In this document: positions 38,152 through 48,585 of the stretch, piece after piece
Position numbering within the stretch: position 1 is the first letter of the stretch
How the letters are laid out: every line of letters begins with the position of its first letter
Source: an uncultured Chloroflexia bacterium
Lineage (GTDB): Bacteria; Chloroflexota; Limnocylindria; Limnocylindrales; CSP1-4
Assembly: GCA_963763775.1 (NCBI GenBank)
Contig: CAVXPZ010000003.1
Location: 512,001-576,000 of the forward strand
Length of the DNA: 64,000 nucleotides
Direction of reading: 5' to 3'
The notes under the pieces: model-generated
Told to the model about the DNA's origin: nothing
The model's input: the letters and a program-made list of their open reading frames with translations, nothing else
Database searches by the model: none
Position numbers and translations under genes: made by a program

Positions 38152-40421
38152 CGGGCCGCGGCCTCCACCTCGGCCTCCGAGGCCGGCAGCCGGTTCCCGA
38201 CGAGGCGTTCGAGCGACGCGGGCATCCACCAGTTCCAGCGCCCGATGAGCCGCATGGTCGCCGGCACGAGCAGGGCGCGCACGACCGTGGCATCGAGCGC
38301 GACCGCGATCGCCATCCCGATCCCCAACGCCTTGATGAGGACGATGTCCGCGAAGGCGAAGGACCCCGCCACGAGGACCACGATGAGCGCTGCCGACGTG
38401 ATGATCCGCCCGCTCCGCTCGAGACCGCGGGCGACGGCCTCGGTGTTGTCGCCCGTCCGGTCCCAGACCTCCTTCATGCGCGAGAGCAGGAAGACCTCGT
38501 AGTCCATCGAGAGCCCGAACAGCACGCAGAACAGGATCACGGGCTGGGTCGTCTCGACGAATCCGAGCGGCTGGAACCCGAAGAGCCGCGACAGGTTGCC
38601 GTCCTGGAAGATCCAGACCAGCGCCCCGAAACTCGCGACGATCGACAGGGTGTTCATGACGAGCGCCTTCACCGGCAGGATGACCGAGCGGAGGAGGACG
38701 AAGAGCACGAGATACGTCGTGACGATGATGAAGAGCGCCGTCCGCGGGAAGTCCGCCGCGACGCGATCGACGACATCGGTGACATCCGCGGCGCCGCCGC
38801 CCACGAGGACGGTCGTGCCGGCCGGCGCCGCGAGCGGGCTGGTCGGATCGCGCAGCGCCCTGACCAGGGCCCGGCCCTCGTCACGGTTCGGTCCGTAGGG
38901 CGTCGTGATCGTGAACGCGGTGACGTCGCCCTTCGTCGTTGCGGCCAGGCCCTCGGCCACGTACCGGTCGCGCGGTCCGTTGGGGTCGGCGTACAGCAGC
39001 TGGTATTGGGCGAGCGTGAGCCGCGGGTCGACGTCGACGAGGCTGTCCACGCGCCGGATCCGCGGGTCCGCGGCGAGCCGCCGCGAGTAGTCGTACAAGG
39101 CCGCGATGTTCGCGGGGCTCGTGGCGGGGCCGGTCGTGCGGATCGCGAGGACGAGCGGGGCGAATTCGCCCTCGCCGAACTCGTTCTGCAGCCGGTCGAA
39201 GGCGGCGCGCGACGGCACCTCGGGCGGCAGGATCGTGGCGTCGGGCGCGTTGAACCGGACGTGGAGGAAGGGCGACCCCAGGACCAGGAGCAGACCCAGG
39301 GTCGGGATCAGCACCGCGACCGGGTGGCGCATCACCCGCCGGGCGAGTCGTGACCACGGGCCTTCGGCGTCCGGGCGGCTCGTGACGTGCCGGACGGCGA
39401 ACCGGTCGACGCGATCGCCGAGGATCGTCAGGACGGCCGGCAGGAGCGTGAGCGCCGACGCGACCGCCAGCCCCACGACGATCGCCCCGGCGATGCCGAC
39501 GGAGCGCAGGATCATGAACTCGAACAGGACGAGCCCGAGGAGGCCGAGGAGGACGGTGAGCCCGCTGAAGAACACCGCCCGCCCGGCTGTCGCGACGGTG
39601 ACGCGGACGGCATCGGCCACGCGGTCCGGCCCGGGCGGTCGCAGCCCGAGCTCCTCGCGGAAGCGGCTGGTCAACAGCAGCGAGTAGTCCACGCCGAGGC
39701 CCAGGCCGAGCAGCGTGGCCAGGTTCAGCACGAAGATGCTCATCGGCATGACCGACGCCACGAGGAAGATGCCCGCGAGCGCGACGAGCACGGCCGTCCC
39801 GCCGACCACCAACGGGACGCCGGCCGCGACCGCCGACCCGAACACGATCAGGAGCGCGAGCGCGGCGAGCGGGAGCGAGATGACCTCGCTGCGACGCAGG
39901 TCGGCCTCCGACACGCTCTGCACGTCGCCGTAGAACGCCGGTCCGCCGGCCAGTTCGACGGTCAGCCCGGGCGCCGCGTGGAGCCGTTCGCGGAGGATCG
40001 GCAGCGCCTCCGGCGAGTCGTCCGGGGCCAGGTCGAGGAACACGATGTCGTAGGCGGTATGCCGGTCGGCGGAGATCTGGCGCGGCGACAGCAGGTGGGA
40101 GACGACCCGCGCGACGTGCGGTGCCCCCGGGATGTCGGCGACCGCGGCAGCGGCGGCGACCTCGAACTCGGGCGTGCCCGCGAGAAGCGTCGGGCTGCTG
40201 AACACGACGACGAGCGCCGACGGCGGCGACCCGAGCTCGGTCTCGAGCAGCTGCTTCGCGCGCGCCGACTCGAGGTCGTCGAGGATGAACCCGCCGGCGC
40301 GCAGGGCACCGGGCACCTGCGGGGCGAGCGGGAGGGCCGCGAGCAGGACGATGGCCCAGGCCCCGACGACCCACCACGCGCGGTGCGCGACGAAACGGCC
40401 GAGTCGATCGAACGGGGTCAC
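38148..40421 (-). CDS. MMPL/RND-family transporter
   Basis: GLGVDYSLLLTSRFREE, TAGRAVFFSG, GLSMDYEVFLLSRMKE, LLVPATM..IGRWNWW. Confidence 0.93.
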   Translation of the reverse strand: MTPFDRLGRFVAHRAWWVVGAWAIVLLAALPLAPQVPGALRAGGFILDDLESARAKQLLETELGSPPSALVVVFSSPTLLAGTPEFEVAAAAAVADIPGAPHVARVVSHLLSPRQISADRHTAYDIVFLDLAPDDSPEALPILRERLHAAPGLTVELAGGPAFYGDVQSVSEADLRRSEVISLPLAALALLIVFGSAVAAGVPLVVGGTAVLVALAGIFLVASVMPMSIFVLNLATLLGLGLGVDYSLLLTSRFREELGLRPPGPDRVADAVRVTVATAGRAVFFSGLTVLLGLLGLVLFEFMILRSVGIAGAIVVGLAVASALTLLPAVLTILGDRVDRFAVRHVTSRPDAEGPWSRLARRVMRHPVAVLIPTLGLLLVLGSPFLHVRFNAPDATILPPEVPSRAAFDRLQNEFGEGEFAPLVLAIRTTGPATSPANIAALYDYSRRLAADPRIRRVDSLVDVDPRLTLAQYQLLYADPNGPRDRYVAEGLAATTKGDVTAFTITTPYGPNRDEGRALVRALRDPTSPLAAPAGTTVLVGGGAADVTDVVDRVAADFPRTALFIIVTTYLVLFVLLRSVILPVKALVMNTLSIVASFGALVWIFQDGNLSRLFGFQPLGFVETTQPVILFCVLFGLSMDYEVFLLSRMKEVWDRTGDNTEAVARGLERSGRIITSAALIVVLVAGSFAFADIVLIKALGIGMAIAVALDATVVRALLVPATMRLIGRWNWWMPASLERLVGNRLPASEAEVEAAAR

Positions 40422-40617
40422 GTGCAGGCTTCGCGGCCCGGGGGGCGGCGGATGGCGGCGAGCGGTGGAGACATCGGCCCCGGCATCGTAGACGGGCGGA
40501 CCGAAACCGGTCCCGCGACGTGCGCCGGTCCACACGAACGGCCCGCGAGGCGGGTCAGCGGCCCCGCCCATCTGCTAGCATCGGTCCGCCCATCGCGGCC
40601 AGCTGAGGACCCGTCGC

Positions 40618-40950
40618 TTGCAGCTCCTCCTCGCGCCTTTCGCCAGCTTCCCGGTCTCGACCGTGGCGTTCTTCGTCTCGGCGAGCGTCGTGGCGGTCAT
40701 GATCCTGATCATGCTCAAGGCGGCGCTCTCGACCGAGGGCGGGGCTCGATGGGTCAAGCGCATCACCAACCCGAACGCCCGGTACCTCTTCACGTTCCTG
40801 TGGATCGGGTGGCTCATCTTCTTCGGGGTGCTGCTCTTCATCGTGCCGCATATCGGCGCCGGCACGCCGTACGGCGCGATCGGCCTGATCGCCCTCTTCA
40901 CCGGCAGCTTCCTGCTGTTCGGGTTCCTCTGGGCGGTCATCGGCGAGTAG
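40618..40950 (+). CDS. small 3-TM membrane protein
   Basis: Hydrophobic 110-aa ORF with coding-like codon usage. Confidence 0.6.
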   Translation: MQLLLAPFASFPVSTVAFFVSASVVAVMILIMLKAALSTEGGARWVKRITNPNARYLFTFLWIGWLIFFGVLLFIVPHIGAGTPYGAIGLIALFTGSFLLFGFLWAVIGE

Positions 40951-41180
40951 CGGCCGTCGTCCGACCTCGCGACGCCTGGGCCCCGGCTGACGCCGGGGCC
41001 GTTCGATTCCTCGGGAACCTCGGGCTGACCGGGGCATCGACCCCGGCCGGACCGGGCATCCGGCCCCGCCGCGGCGACCGGCTGGACCCCGACAGGACCA
41101 TCGCGCTATCATCCCCGGACTTGCAGACTGCATAGACTTTATGCGTCGATGCCGCTCTCGCACCCGGAGGCCAGCCAGCG

Positions 41181-42758
41181 TTGGATGCCCAGGAGATCAA
41201 GGCCGCGGTCGCCCATCAGGACGCGTCCCGCGCCATGAGCGAGGCACCGTTCGTCAATCGCGCCGACCCCGCCCGGATCCTCGGGCCGGACGGCCGGGCC
41301 GCGGTCAGCCGCCGGGCACCGATCTGGGCCGACGTCCCCGACGAGCAGTGGAACGACTGGCGCTGGCAGCTCAGCCATCGTGTCAATGATCTCGAGGAGA
41401 TCGAGCAGATCCTCGAGCTGACCGAGGAGGAGCGCGAGGGCCTGTCCGCGACCGACAAGTTCCGGGTCGACATCACGCCGTACTTCATCAGCCTCATCGA
41501 CCCGCAGGACCCGACGGATCCGATCCGTCGCCAGGTGATCCCGATCGGCCGGGAGCAGCAGGCCTTCACGGCGATGATGGAGGACTCCCTCGCGGAGGAC
41601 CGCCACTCGCCGGTCCCCGGACTCGTCCATCGCTACCCGGACCGCGTCCTGATGCTGGTCACCACGCAGTGCGCCTCGTACTGCCGCTACTGCACGCGGT
41701 CGCGGATCGTCGGCGACCCGACCCAGAACTTCAACCGCAAGGATCACGAGGCCCAGCTCGACTACCTGCGCCGGACGCCGCAGGTCCGCGACGTCCTGAT
41801 CTCCGGCGGCGACGGCCTGACGCTCGCGCCAAAGCTCTTCGAATCGATCCTCCGCGGCCTCCGCGAGATCCCCCACATCGAGATCATCCGGATCGGCTCG
41901 CGTGTGCCGGTCTTCCTGCCACAGCGGATCGACGACGAGCTGTGCGAGATGCTCGAGAAGTACCACCCGCTGTGGATCAACCTGCACTTCAACCACCCGA
42001 ACGAGATCACCCCCGAGGTGAGCCGTGCGGTCGACAAGCTCACGCGGGCCGGTCTCCCGGTCGGCAACCAGAGCGTGCTGCTGGCGGGCGTCAACGACTG
42101 CGTCCACATCCAGCGCTCGCTGGTCCACAAGCTCGTCGCGAACCGGATCCGCCCGTACTACCTCTACCAGTGCGACCTCGTCGAAGGGTCCGGGCATTTC
42201 CGGACGCCGGTCGGCAAGGGCCTCGAGATCATGGAGGGCCTGCGCGGCCACACGTCGGGCTACGCCGTGCCGACCTATGTGATCGACGCGCCCGGCGGCG
42301 GAGGCAAGATCCCGGTCATGCCGAACTACTTGATCAGCTATTCGGACCACAAGGTCGTGCTGCGCAACTACGAGGGCTACATCACGACCTACGAGGAGCC
42401 CGAGACCTACCAGAAACACGACACGATGGCGTGCGCGTACTGCCAGCACGAGCGCCCGGAGCCCGGCCAGTCCGGCGTCCTGGGGCTGCTCGAGGGCGAG
42501 CGCATGTGGATCGAGCCGAAGGGGTTCGAGGAGACCCATCGCCGCGGCAACACCGAGGCGCACCGGCTCCAGGACCCGTCGAAGTGGGTCCCGTTCGGCG
42601 TCGGCGCGATCGAGGGCACGGCTGGGACCGCCCTCCCCGTCCTCGAACCGGGCGAGGCCGCGGCGGGTGAAGCGCCGCCGCCGGTCTACGGGCCGGGCGA
42701 GGAACCGCGTCCGCGCGAGGGCGAGCCCACGGCCTCGGCGCACGGCGAGCTGCTCTAG
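41181..42758 (+). CDS. kamA: lysine 2,3-aminomutase (radical SAM/PLP)
   Basis: WNDWRWQL, HRYPDRVL, CASYCRYC, SGGD, NQSVLL, DAPGGGGKIP. Confidence 0.88.
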   Translation: MDAQEIKAAVAHQDASRAMSEAPFVNRADPARILGPDGRAAVSRRAPIWADVPDEQWNDWRWQLSHRVNDLEEIEQILELTEEEREGLSATDKFRVDITPYFISLIDPQDPTDPIRRQVIPIGREQQAFTAMMEDSLAEDRHSPVPGLVHRYPDRVLMLVTTQCASYCRYCTRSRIVGDPTQNFNRKDHEAQLDYLRRTPQVRDVLISGGDGLTLAPKLFESILRGLREIPHIEIIRIGSRVPVFLPQRIDDELCEMLEKYHPLWINLHFNHPNEITPEVSRAVDKLTRAGLPVGNQSVLLAGVNDCVHIQRSLVHKLVANRIRPYYLYQCDLVEGSGHFRTPVGKGLEIMEGLRGHTSGYAVPTYVIDAPGGGGKIPVMPNYLISYSDHKVVLRNYEGYITTYEEPETYQKHDTMACAYCQHERPEPGQSGVLGLLEGERMWIEPKGFEETHRRGNTEAHRLQDPSKWVPFGVGAIEGTAGTALPVLEPGEAAAGEAPPPVYGPGEEPRPREGEPTASAHGELL

Positions 42759-43081
42759 CCGGTCCCCTCGGCTCCGTCGCCACGGGGGCCGATCGGCCCG
42801 TTGAAGACGGGCTGAACGCCAAACGCCAGGGAGACGATGGCTCGGTAGTGTTGCGTTGGCGCACCAGCGCCACGGTGTCGGTCGCGGCCCAATCGCGACC
42901 AGACCAGGGGGTTCGCCGGCTCGTCGGCGACAGCCACGCACCCATCCGCGGCGTCACGCGCGCGCCAGATGGCGTACCTCCGCGTCCTGTCGAAGCCCAT
43001 CGGCGACATCGGACGCCGCGCGAGTGATCCGTCGACCTCGGCGCGTCGCGTCCAGGCATGGATCCTGTCTGGAGATCCCTC

Positions 43082-43531
43082 ATGCGCAAGTTCTTTGCGT
43101 CCGCGTTCGGGTTGACCGCCACGCTCGCGATCGTCGCGGGCCTGGTCTTCGCCTGGACCGGCACCGCCTCGGCGCCTGCCGGGGCGCCGTCGGTCATCGG
43201 GAGCGTGAACGTCTCCCTCGTGATCGACGCGTACACGGGCAGCCCGCTGCTGCCCAATGTCAACGTCAAGACCGCCTACGGACGGGTCGCCAATAGCACC
43301 GGCGTCCCCGTGGCGATGACGAGCGGCAACATCACGGGGATCAATGTCCCGGCGAACACCGGGTGCAATCCCTACGTGAGCGGCAGCGTGGTCATCACCA
43401 ACTCCGGTGCCATCGCCAACGGCAGCACCGGCGGAGGCTGGGATAGCTACCTGCAACTCGCTGGTGACACGCCAAATCCCTGTCAGGGGAAGGGCGTCGA
43501 CTACACCATCAACGTCAACGTGACGACCTAG
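43082..43531 (+). CDS. secreted SipW-dependent TasA/pilin-like protein
   Basis: MRKFF...AGLVFA^WTGTA signal; beta-rich; NPCQGK..DYTINVNVT C-terminus; two Cys. Confidence 0.7.
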   Translation: MRKFFASAFGLTATLAIVAGLVFAWTGTASAPAGAPSVIGSVNVSLVIDAYTGSPLLPNVNVKTAYGRVANSTGVPVAMTSGNITGINVPANTGCNPYVSGSVVITNSGAIANGSTGGGWDSYLQLAGDTPNPCQGKGVDYTINVNVTT

Positions 43532-43610
43532 CGTCGCGACCAAGGACCGGGCGGCGTTGCTGCGCCGTCCGGTCCGACGGTTCGACGCCTCGACCCCAGG
43601 GATGACACCC

Positions 43611-44171
43611 ATGCTCACCATGCTCCGACGGCTCCTCGACATCCTCGCCGGACTGATCCTCGGCCTCGCGGTCGTGGTGCTGGTCGCCACCCAGATATTC
43701 GGGTATCGGCTCGCCTCGATCGCGTCGGACAGCATGGTGCCCGCGCTAGCTCGCGGGGACCTCATCCTGACACGCCCGGTCCCGATCGGCGACGTGAAGC
43801 ATGAGGACATCGTCCTCTTCCAGACCGGGGTGACCACCCCGATCCTCGTGGCGCACCGGGTCGCGAACATCATCACCGTCAACCTCAACGTGACCAATTC
43901 GAAGACGGGCGTGACCCACACCGAGCAGACGAAGCTGCTCCGGACCAAGGGGGACGCGAACGCGCTCGTCGATCCTGACCCGGTCGACGCCGACCACTAC
44001 CGAGGCCTGCTGTGGGTCACGGTCCCGGGGGCCGGGTCGTTGCTCGCGTCGCCACTCCCGTTCCTGCTGATCGCCATCGGGCTCGGACTGCTCTGGGTGG
44101 TCTACGAGATCGTCGATCGGGGCCGACGGACACGGACTCGAGCCACGGACGGACCGGAGGCGAGCGGATGA
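43611..44171 (+). CDS. sipW: signal peptidase I, SipW/archaeal type
   Basis: SDSMVP (Ser), VAHRV (His), TKGDAN; N- and C-terminal TM helices. Confidence 0.8.
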   Translation: MLTMLRRLLDILAGLILGLAVVVLVATQIFGYRLASIASDSMVPALARGDLILTRPVPIGDVKHEDIVLFQTGVTTPILVAHRVANIITVNLNVTNSKTGVTHTEQTKLLRTKGDANALVDPDPVDADHYRGLLWVTVPGAGSLLASPLPFLLIAIGLGLLWVVYEIVDRGRRTRTRATDGPEASG

Positions 44172-45202
44172 GGTCCTCCCGGCGGCTGGCCCTGGTGTCC
44201 GCGCTCCTCGCGCTCCTCGCGTCGTCGATCGTCGGCGCGTTCGCGTGGACCGGGACGGCCCACGGGACGCCCGGTCAGGCGCTGATCGGCACCTGGGCCA
44301 CCCCGTCGTCGATCCCCGAGGCGTGCCGGGGCATGACCTTCAAGGACGTCATCGTCGGGACGCCCGGTGACGACCACCTCGTTGCCCGGAACCGCGGGGC
44401 GTTGATCTTCGGCCTCGGCGGCGATGACACCATCGATGGCGGGAACGCCAAGGACTGCATCGTCGGTGGGGACGGCGACGATCGCCTGCAAGGCGGTAAC
44501 GGCAAGGACGTGCTGTTGGGCGAAGCGGGTGACGACGTGATCCGCGGCGGGAACGGCGGCGATCTCGTGGTCGGCGGAGATGGTGACGACCTCCTGTTCG
44601 GCGACGACCGATCTGACCCCGACCACGACGGCGGACACGATCGCGACGGCCCGGCGCATGGCGGCGACCGCGACACCCTGGACGGTGGACCCGGGACGGA
44701 CCGCTGCATCGGGTCGCGGAACGACACGTACATCAGCTGCGAGCGAGACCATCATCCTGGCGACGACGCCGGCAAGGACGGTCCCCAGGACAACCTCGCG
44801 CCGGTGCCGGGTGAGGCCGGCAGTGACGAGCCCGGCGACGACCCGTCGGCATCCGAAACGCCCGGATCGACGGACGAGGCACCGCCGGGCGACGAGGCAC
44901 CTCCAGGCGACGAGGCAGGCGGGGACGACGGATCCGCGCCGGCTGGCGATGCGGATCCCACCCCAGGCGCCGTCGATCCACCGCCGACATCGGGCGACGA
45001 GCCGGCGGCCACGCCGGTCGCGACCCAGGATCCGGTTGCGACGCCCGAGGCGACGTCCGCGCCGACGTCCGAGCCCACGCCGACACCCGACCCGACCCCC
45101 GAGACCGAGCCGGCGCGAACACCGGAACCGACCGTCGCGCCGACGTCCGAGCCCACGCCGACGCCCGACCCGACCCCCACGACTGAGCCGGCCGCTCCCT
45201 GA
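44168..45202 (+). CDS. secreted Ca-binding (RTX/hemolysin-type GGxGxD) protein with Pro/Thr/acidic tail
   Basis: GAFA^WTGTA signal; GGDGDD, GGNGKD, GEAGDD, GGPGTD repeats. Confidence 0.78.
   Translation: MRSSRRLALVSALLALLASSIVGAFAWTGTAHGTPGQALIGTWATPSSIPEACRGMTFKDVIVGTPGDDHLVARNRGALIFGLGGDDTIDGGNAKDCIVGGDGDDRLQGGNGKDVLLGEAGDDVIRGGNGGDLVVGGDGDDLLFGDDRSDPDHDGGHDRDGPAHGGDRDTLDGGPGTDRCIGSRNDTYISCERDHHPGDDAGKDGPQDNLAPVPGEAGSDEPGDDPSASETPGSTDEAPPGDEAPPGDEAGGDDGSAPAGDADPTPGAVDPPPTSGDEPAATPVATQDPVATPEATSAPTSEPTPTPDPTPETEPARTPEPTVAPTSEPTPTPDPTPTTEPAAP
45058..45192 (+). repeat. 57-bp direct repeat (period 78) encoding APTSEPTPTPDPTP.TEPA
   Basis: 45058-45114 versus 45136-45192, near-identical. Confidence 0.8.
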
Positions 45203-45259
45203 CCGCCGGCTCGGGTCGTCCGGGGGCCACGCGGCCGGTCCGGCTAGACTCCGCGCCTG

Positions 45260-45523
45260 ATGAGCACGAAGAAGCGCCGGCCCGTCGGGCAGACCCTCGG
45301 CGGGATCATCGTCGGCCTGGACTACCAGATCTTCCGGGTCGGCAAGCCGCCGGCCGAGATGGTCGAGTCCGCGAAGCCGATCGCCCCGGTCGCCGCGTCG
45401 GGTGGCGGCACGCTCGACATCGACCTCCCGCCGCTCGGAGAGCGTTCGGCTGACGCCCGCGACGAGGCCGAGGAGGTCCGCGAGGCCGATGAGAGCGACG
45501 AGGGCCTGTCCGCGCCTACTTGA
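45260..45523 (+). CDS. small hypothetical protein
   Basis: MSTKKRRPVGQTLGGIIVGLDYQIFR; TAGACT -10-like hexamer just upstream (possibly leaderless). Confidence 0.6.
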   Translation: MSTKKRRPVGQTLGGIIVGLDYQIFRVGKPPAEMVESAKPIAPVAASGGGTLDIDLPPLGERSADARDEAEEVREADESDEGLSAPT

Positions 45524-46883
45524 TCGAGGCGACCAGGGCGAGGGCTCGGGCGAGCTGCGGGTCCGCGATCGTGTCGACGCCGGCGGGGGTCAGGGCCTTC
45601 ACCTGGTCGGGGGTGAGCGCCGCGACGTCGGTCGCACGCTCGACCGCCACATCGGGCTTGATCCCCTCATGCCAGATCCGGCGACCGTTCGGCGTCAGCC
45701 ACTCGACGGTCCCGATCCGCAGAGCAGATCCGTCCGACAAGGGGAACTCGCCGAGCACCGTCCCGGTCCCGTACGTCTGGACGCCCTCGATCGTCGCCCG
45801 ACCGGCGTCCTGGAGCGCCCCCGACAGGATCTCGGCGGAGCTGGCCGTGCCGCCGTCCACCAGTACCACGAGCGGCAGGTCGTAGGCGACGCCGTCCGGG
45901 GAGACCGGGTGCCGCGTCTCGTTGCCGTCCGCGTCCCGTTCCACGTAGACATCGCCGGTCTTGATGAACTGGCTGGCGATCCCGACGGCCTCGTTCACGT
46001 AGCCGCCCGGATTGCCGCGGAGGTCGAGGATCAGCCGATCCGCGCCGGCCGTCTTGATCGCCTTCAGCGCCGTGACCACCTCGTCCGCGGAGCCGCTCGA
46101 GAACGAGTCCAGGCGCAGCAGCGCGGTCTTCGTGCCGGGCACCATGGTCCACGAGACGGATGTCACGGGGACCGCGGCACGGACGATCTTGTACGTGCGC
46201 TCCGGGCCGTCGGTGCCGTTCTGGACGACGACGGTCACGGTCGAGCCGGCTTCGCCGCGGACCCACCCGGCCACCTCGTCGATGGTCTTGCCCGTCGTGG
46301 ACTTGCCGTCGACCGAGACCATGATGTCGCCGGTGCGCACGCCCGCGGTCGCGGCCGGGCTGCCGTCGAAGACCCCGACCACCATCGGCCGGCCGTCCTT
46401 GGCCGGATCGATGCGGACGCCGATGCCGACGTAGGAGCCGGAGAGGTCCTGCGCGCGGGCGGCCCGCTCCTCGGGGGTGAGGAACGAGGTGTGGCCCGTG
46501 TCGCCGACCGCCTGGGTCAGGCCGTCGATGGCGCCGTAGACCAGCTTCTGGTCGTCGAGCTCGCTGCGCGCGACGTACTCCTTGTGGAGCGTGTCCCACG
46601 CTTCCTTGAACAGCCCGAGCTCGGAGGAGGCCGTCGGGCCCGAGGCGGCCGCGTCGCCAGTCGCAGAGGAATTGGCGACGCGTCCGACCCCGATCCCGAC
46701 GGTGAACGTCGCGACGAGCGCGGCCACGATGACCGCTCGACGGGCCCACGACCGGCGTCGACGACCGGCCGCCGGTGACGCCGGCGCCAGGGAGGGGCCG
46801 GATCCGATGGAAGTCGGGTCCGGTGGTCCGGCGTCGATGGTCGGTTCGGTCGGGATCCGGGCGGGGTCCGAAGAGGGCAGCAT
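45516..46883 (-). CDS. ctpA: S41 carboxyl-terminal protease (PDZ)
   Basis: YVGIG, GSPA, LDLRGNPGG, TASSAE, TPNGR.I...GI.PD, DPQL. Confidence 0.88.
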   Translation of the reverse strand: MLPSSDPARIPTEPTIDAGPPDPTSIGSGPSLAPASPAAGRRRRSWARRAVIVAALVATFTVGIGVGRVANSSATGDAAASGPTASSELGLFKEAWDTLHKEYVARSELDDQKLVYGAIDGLTQAVGDTGHTSFLTPEERAARAQDLSGSYVGIGVRIDPAKDGRPMVVGVFDGSPAATAGVRTGDIMVSVDGKSTTGKTIDEVAGWVRGEAGSTVTVVVQNGTDGPERTYKIVRAAVPVTSVSWTMVPGTKTALLRLDSFSSGSADEVVTALKAIKTAGADRLILDLRGNPGGYVNEAVGIASQFIKTGDVYVERDADGNETRHPVSPDGVAYDLPLVVLVDGGTASSAEILSGALQDAGRATIEGVQTYGTGTVLGEFPLSDGSALRIGTVEWLTPNGRRIWHEGIKPDVAVERATDVAALTPDQVKALTPAGVDTIADPQLARALALVASIK

Positions 46884-47177
46884 GGCTCACAAGTCGTGAC
46901 GATCGGTCGACCCGCCTGCGCGGGACGACACCGGACCTCTGCCCGGTCACGACAGCATGACGCGCTTCGGTTTTGGATGGGTCGCGGAGAAGGTGAAGGT
47001 TCGTTCGCTCGTCGGCGAGGCCTCGGCGGGGTCGCGACCGGGGCCGCGGAGGCGCCGGCGTTGGCGACCGCGCGAGACCTCGTGCTAGGCTTCCGGGCCT
47101 AATCCCTAGTGAACCAGTCGGAGATCGACGCCCCGTGACCGACGCCCCGGCCAGCATCACCCGTCCCGACCGTCGCC

Positions 47178-47606
47178 GTGGGCCTCGGCGCCCTGCGGGC
47201 CGCGCCCGCCGGGCTGCCCGATCCGGCGATCACGCCGCCGATCATCGGCGAGGCCGGCGACCCGTTCACGTCGGTCCGGGTCATCGACCTGCTGGCCAGG
47301 ATCGAGCGCGGCCGGCCGACGCGTCTCGCCGACATCGCCGACCGGCTCGATGCGACCTATCTCGACTGGCTCTTCCCGGTGCCGGTCGTCGCCGCGGTCA
47401 TCCTGCAGCTCCAGGCGAACTGGATGGCCGACTACCGCAACAGCGCCGGCATCGTCGTCGAGGACGGCCCGCTCGGCCCGATCGTGACGATCGAGGACTC
47501 GAGCCGCGTCGATCCCTGGATCGTCCGGCAGGCGCAACGCGAAGCCGCGTCGTGTACCGAGCGGCTCGCCGAGTTCAGCCGTCGCGACCGACCGTCCGGC
47601 GACTGA
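47178..47606 (+). CDS. hypothetical protein (possible winged-helix)
   Basis: Coding-like ORF DPFTSVRVIDLLARIERG...LQLQANWMADYR; start uncertain. Confidence 0.6.
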   Translation: MGLGALRAAPAGLPDPAITPPIIGEAGDPFTSVRVIDLLARIERGRPTRLADIADRLDATYLDWLFPVPVVAAVILQLQANWMADYRNSAGIVVEDGPLGPIVTIEDSSRVDPWIVRQAQREAASCTERLAEFSRRDRPSGD

Positions 47607-47687
47607 GTCCGAGCCGCGACCCCGGCCCGACCCGCCACGGCACGCCACCACCGGCCCGTGCCGGCCGACACCACAGGAAGGGAACCC

Positions 47688-48552
47688 ATGAGCACCGGTT
47701 ACGCCACCACGCAGAGCCTCGTCGACGCCACCTGGGCCCAGGCCCACCTCGACGACCCGAACGTCCGCTTCGTCGAAGTCGACGTCGACACCACCGCCTA
47801 CGACCAGAGCCACCTGCCGGGCGCCGTCGGCTGGGACTGGACGAGCCAGCTCGCCGACGGGATCCGCCGCGACATCGCGAGCCGCGAGGACTTCAGCGCG
47901 CTGCTGTCCGCGTCCGGGATCGGTCCCGACACGACGATCGTCCTCTACGGCGACAACAACAACTGGTTCGCGGCCTGGGCGTTCTGGCAGCTGAAGCTGT
48001 ACGGCCACGAGGATGTCCGCATCCTCGACGGCGGGCGCAAGTACTGGCTCGACAACGGCCTCCCGCTGACGGTGGACGAGCCCGACCACGCCCCGACCGG
48101 CTACCAGCTCCCCGAGCCGGACTTCAGCCTCCGCGCCTTCCGCGACGACATCCTGCCGCGGCTCGACGACGAGGGCCTCGCGCTCGTCGACGTCCGCAGT
48201 CCCGCCGAGTTCAACGGCGAGATCATCGCCCCTCCGGGCATGAGCGAGACCGCCCAGCGCGCCGGGACACATCCCCGGGGCGGCGTCCGTGCCATGGGCG
48301 CAGACCGTCCGCGAGGACGGGACGTTCAAGAGCGCCGACGAGCTCGCCGCGCTCTACGAGGCCAAGGGCGTGACGCCCGACAAGGACGTCATCGCCTACT
48401 GCCGGATCGGCGAGCGCAGCAGCCACACGTGGTTCGTGCTCCACGAGCTGCTCGGCTACAAGCGGGTCCGCAACTACGACGGCAGCTGGACCGAGTGGGG
48501 CAGCCTCATCGGCGTGCCGATCGAGAAGCCGGCCGCCGTCGCGGTCAGCTGA
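47688..48552 (+). CDS. thiosulfate/mercaptopyruvate sulfurtransferase, tandem rhodanese (frameshift near 48268)
   Basis: VEVDVDT..Y...[29 protein letters not shown]. Confidence 0.9.
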
Positions 48553-48585
48553 CCGCCTGAGCCTTCGGCCGGCCGTCGGGTCGCC

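Noticed and set aside
42760-43080. Possible c-di-GMP riboswitch upstream of the SipW operon
   Set aside because: No GEMM-type GCAAA/GAAA tetraloop-receptor consensus could be recognised by eye.
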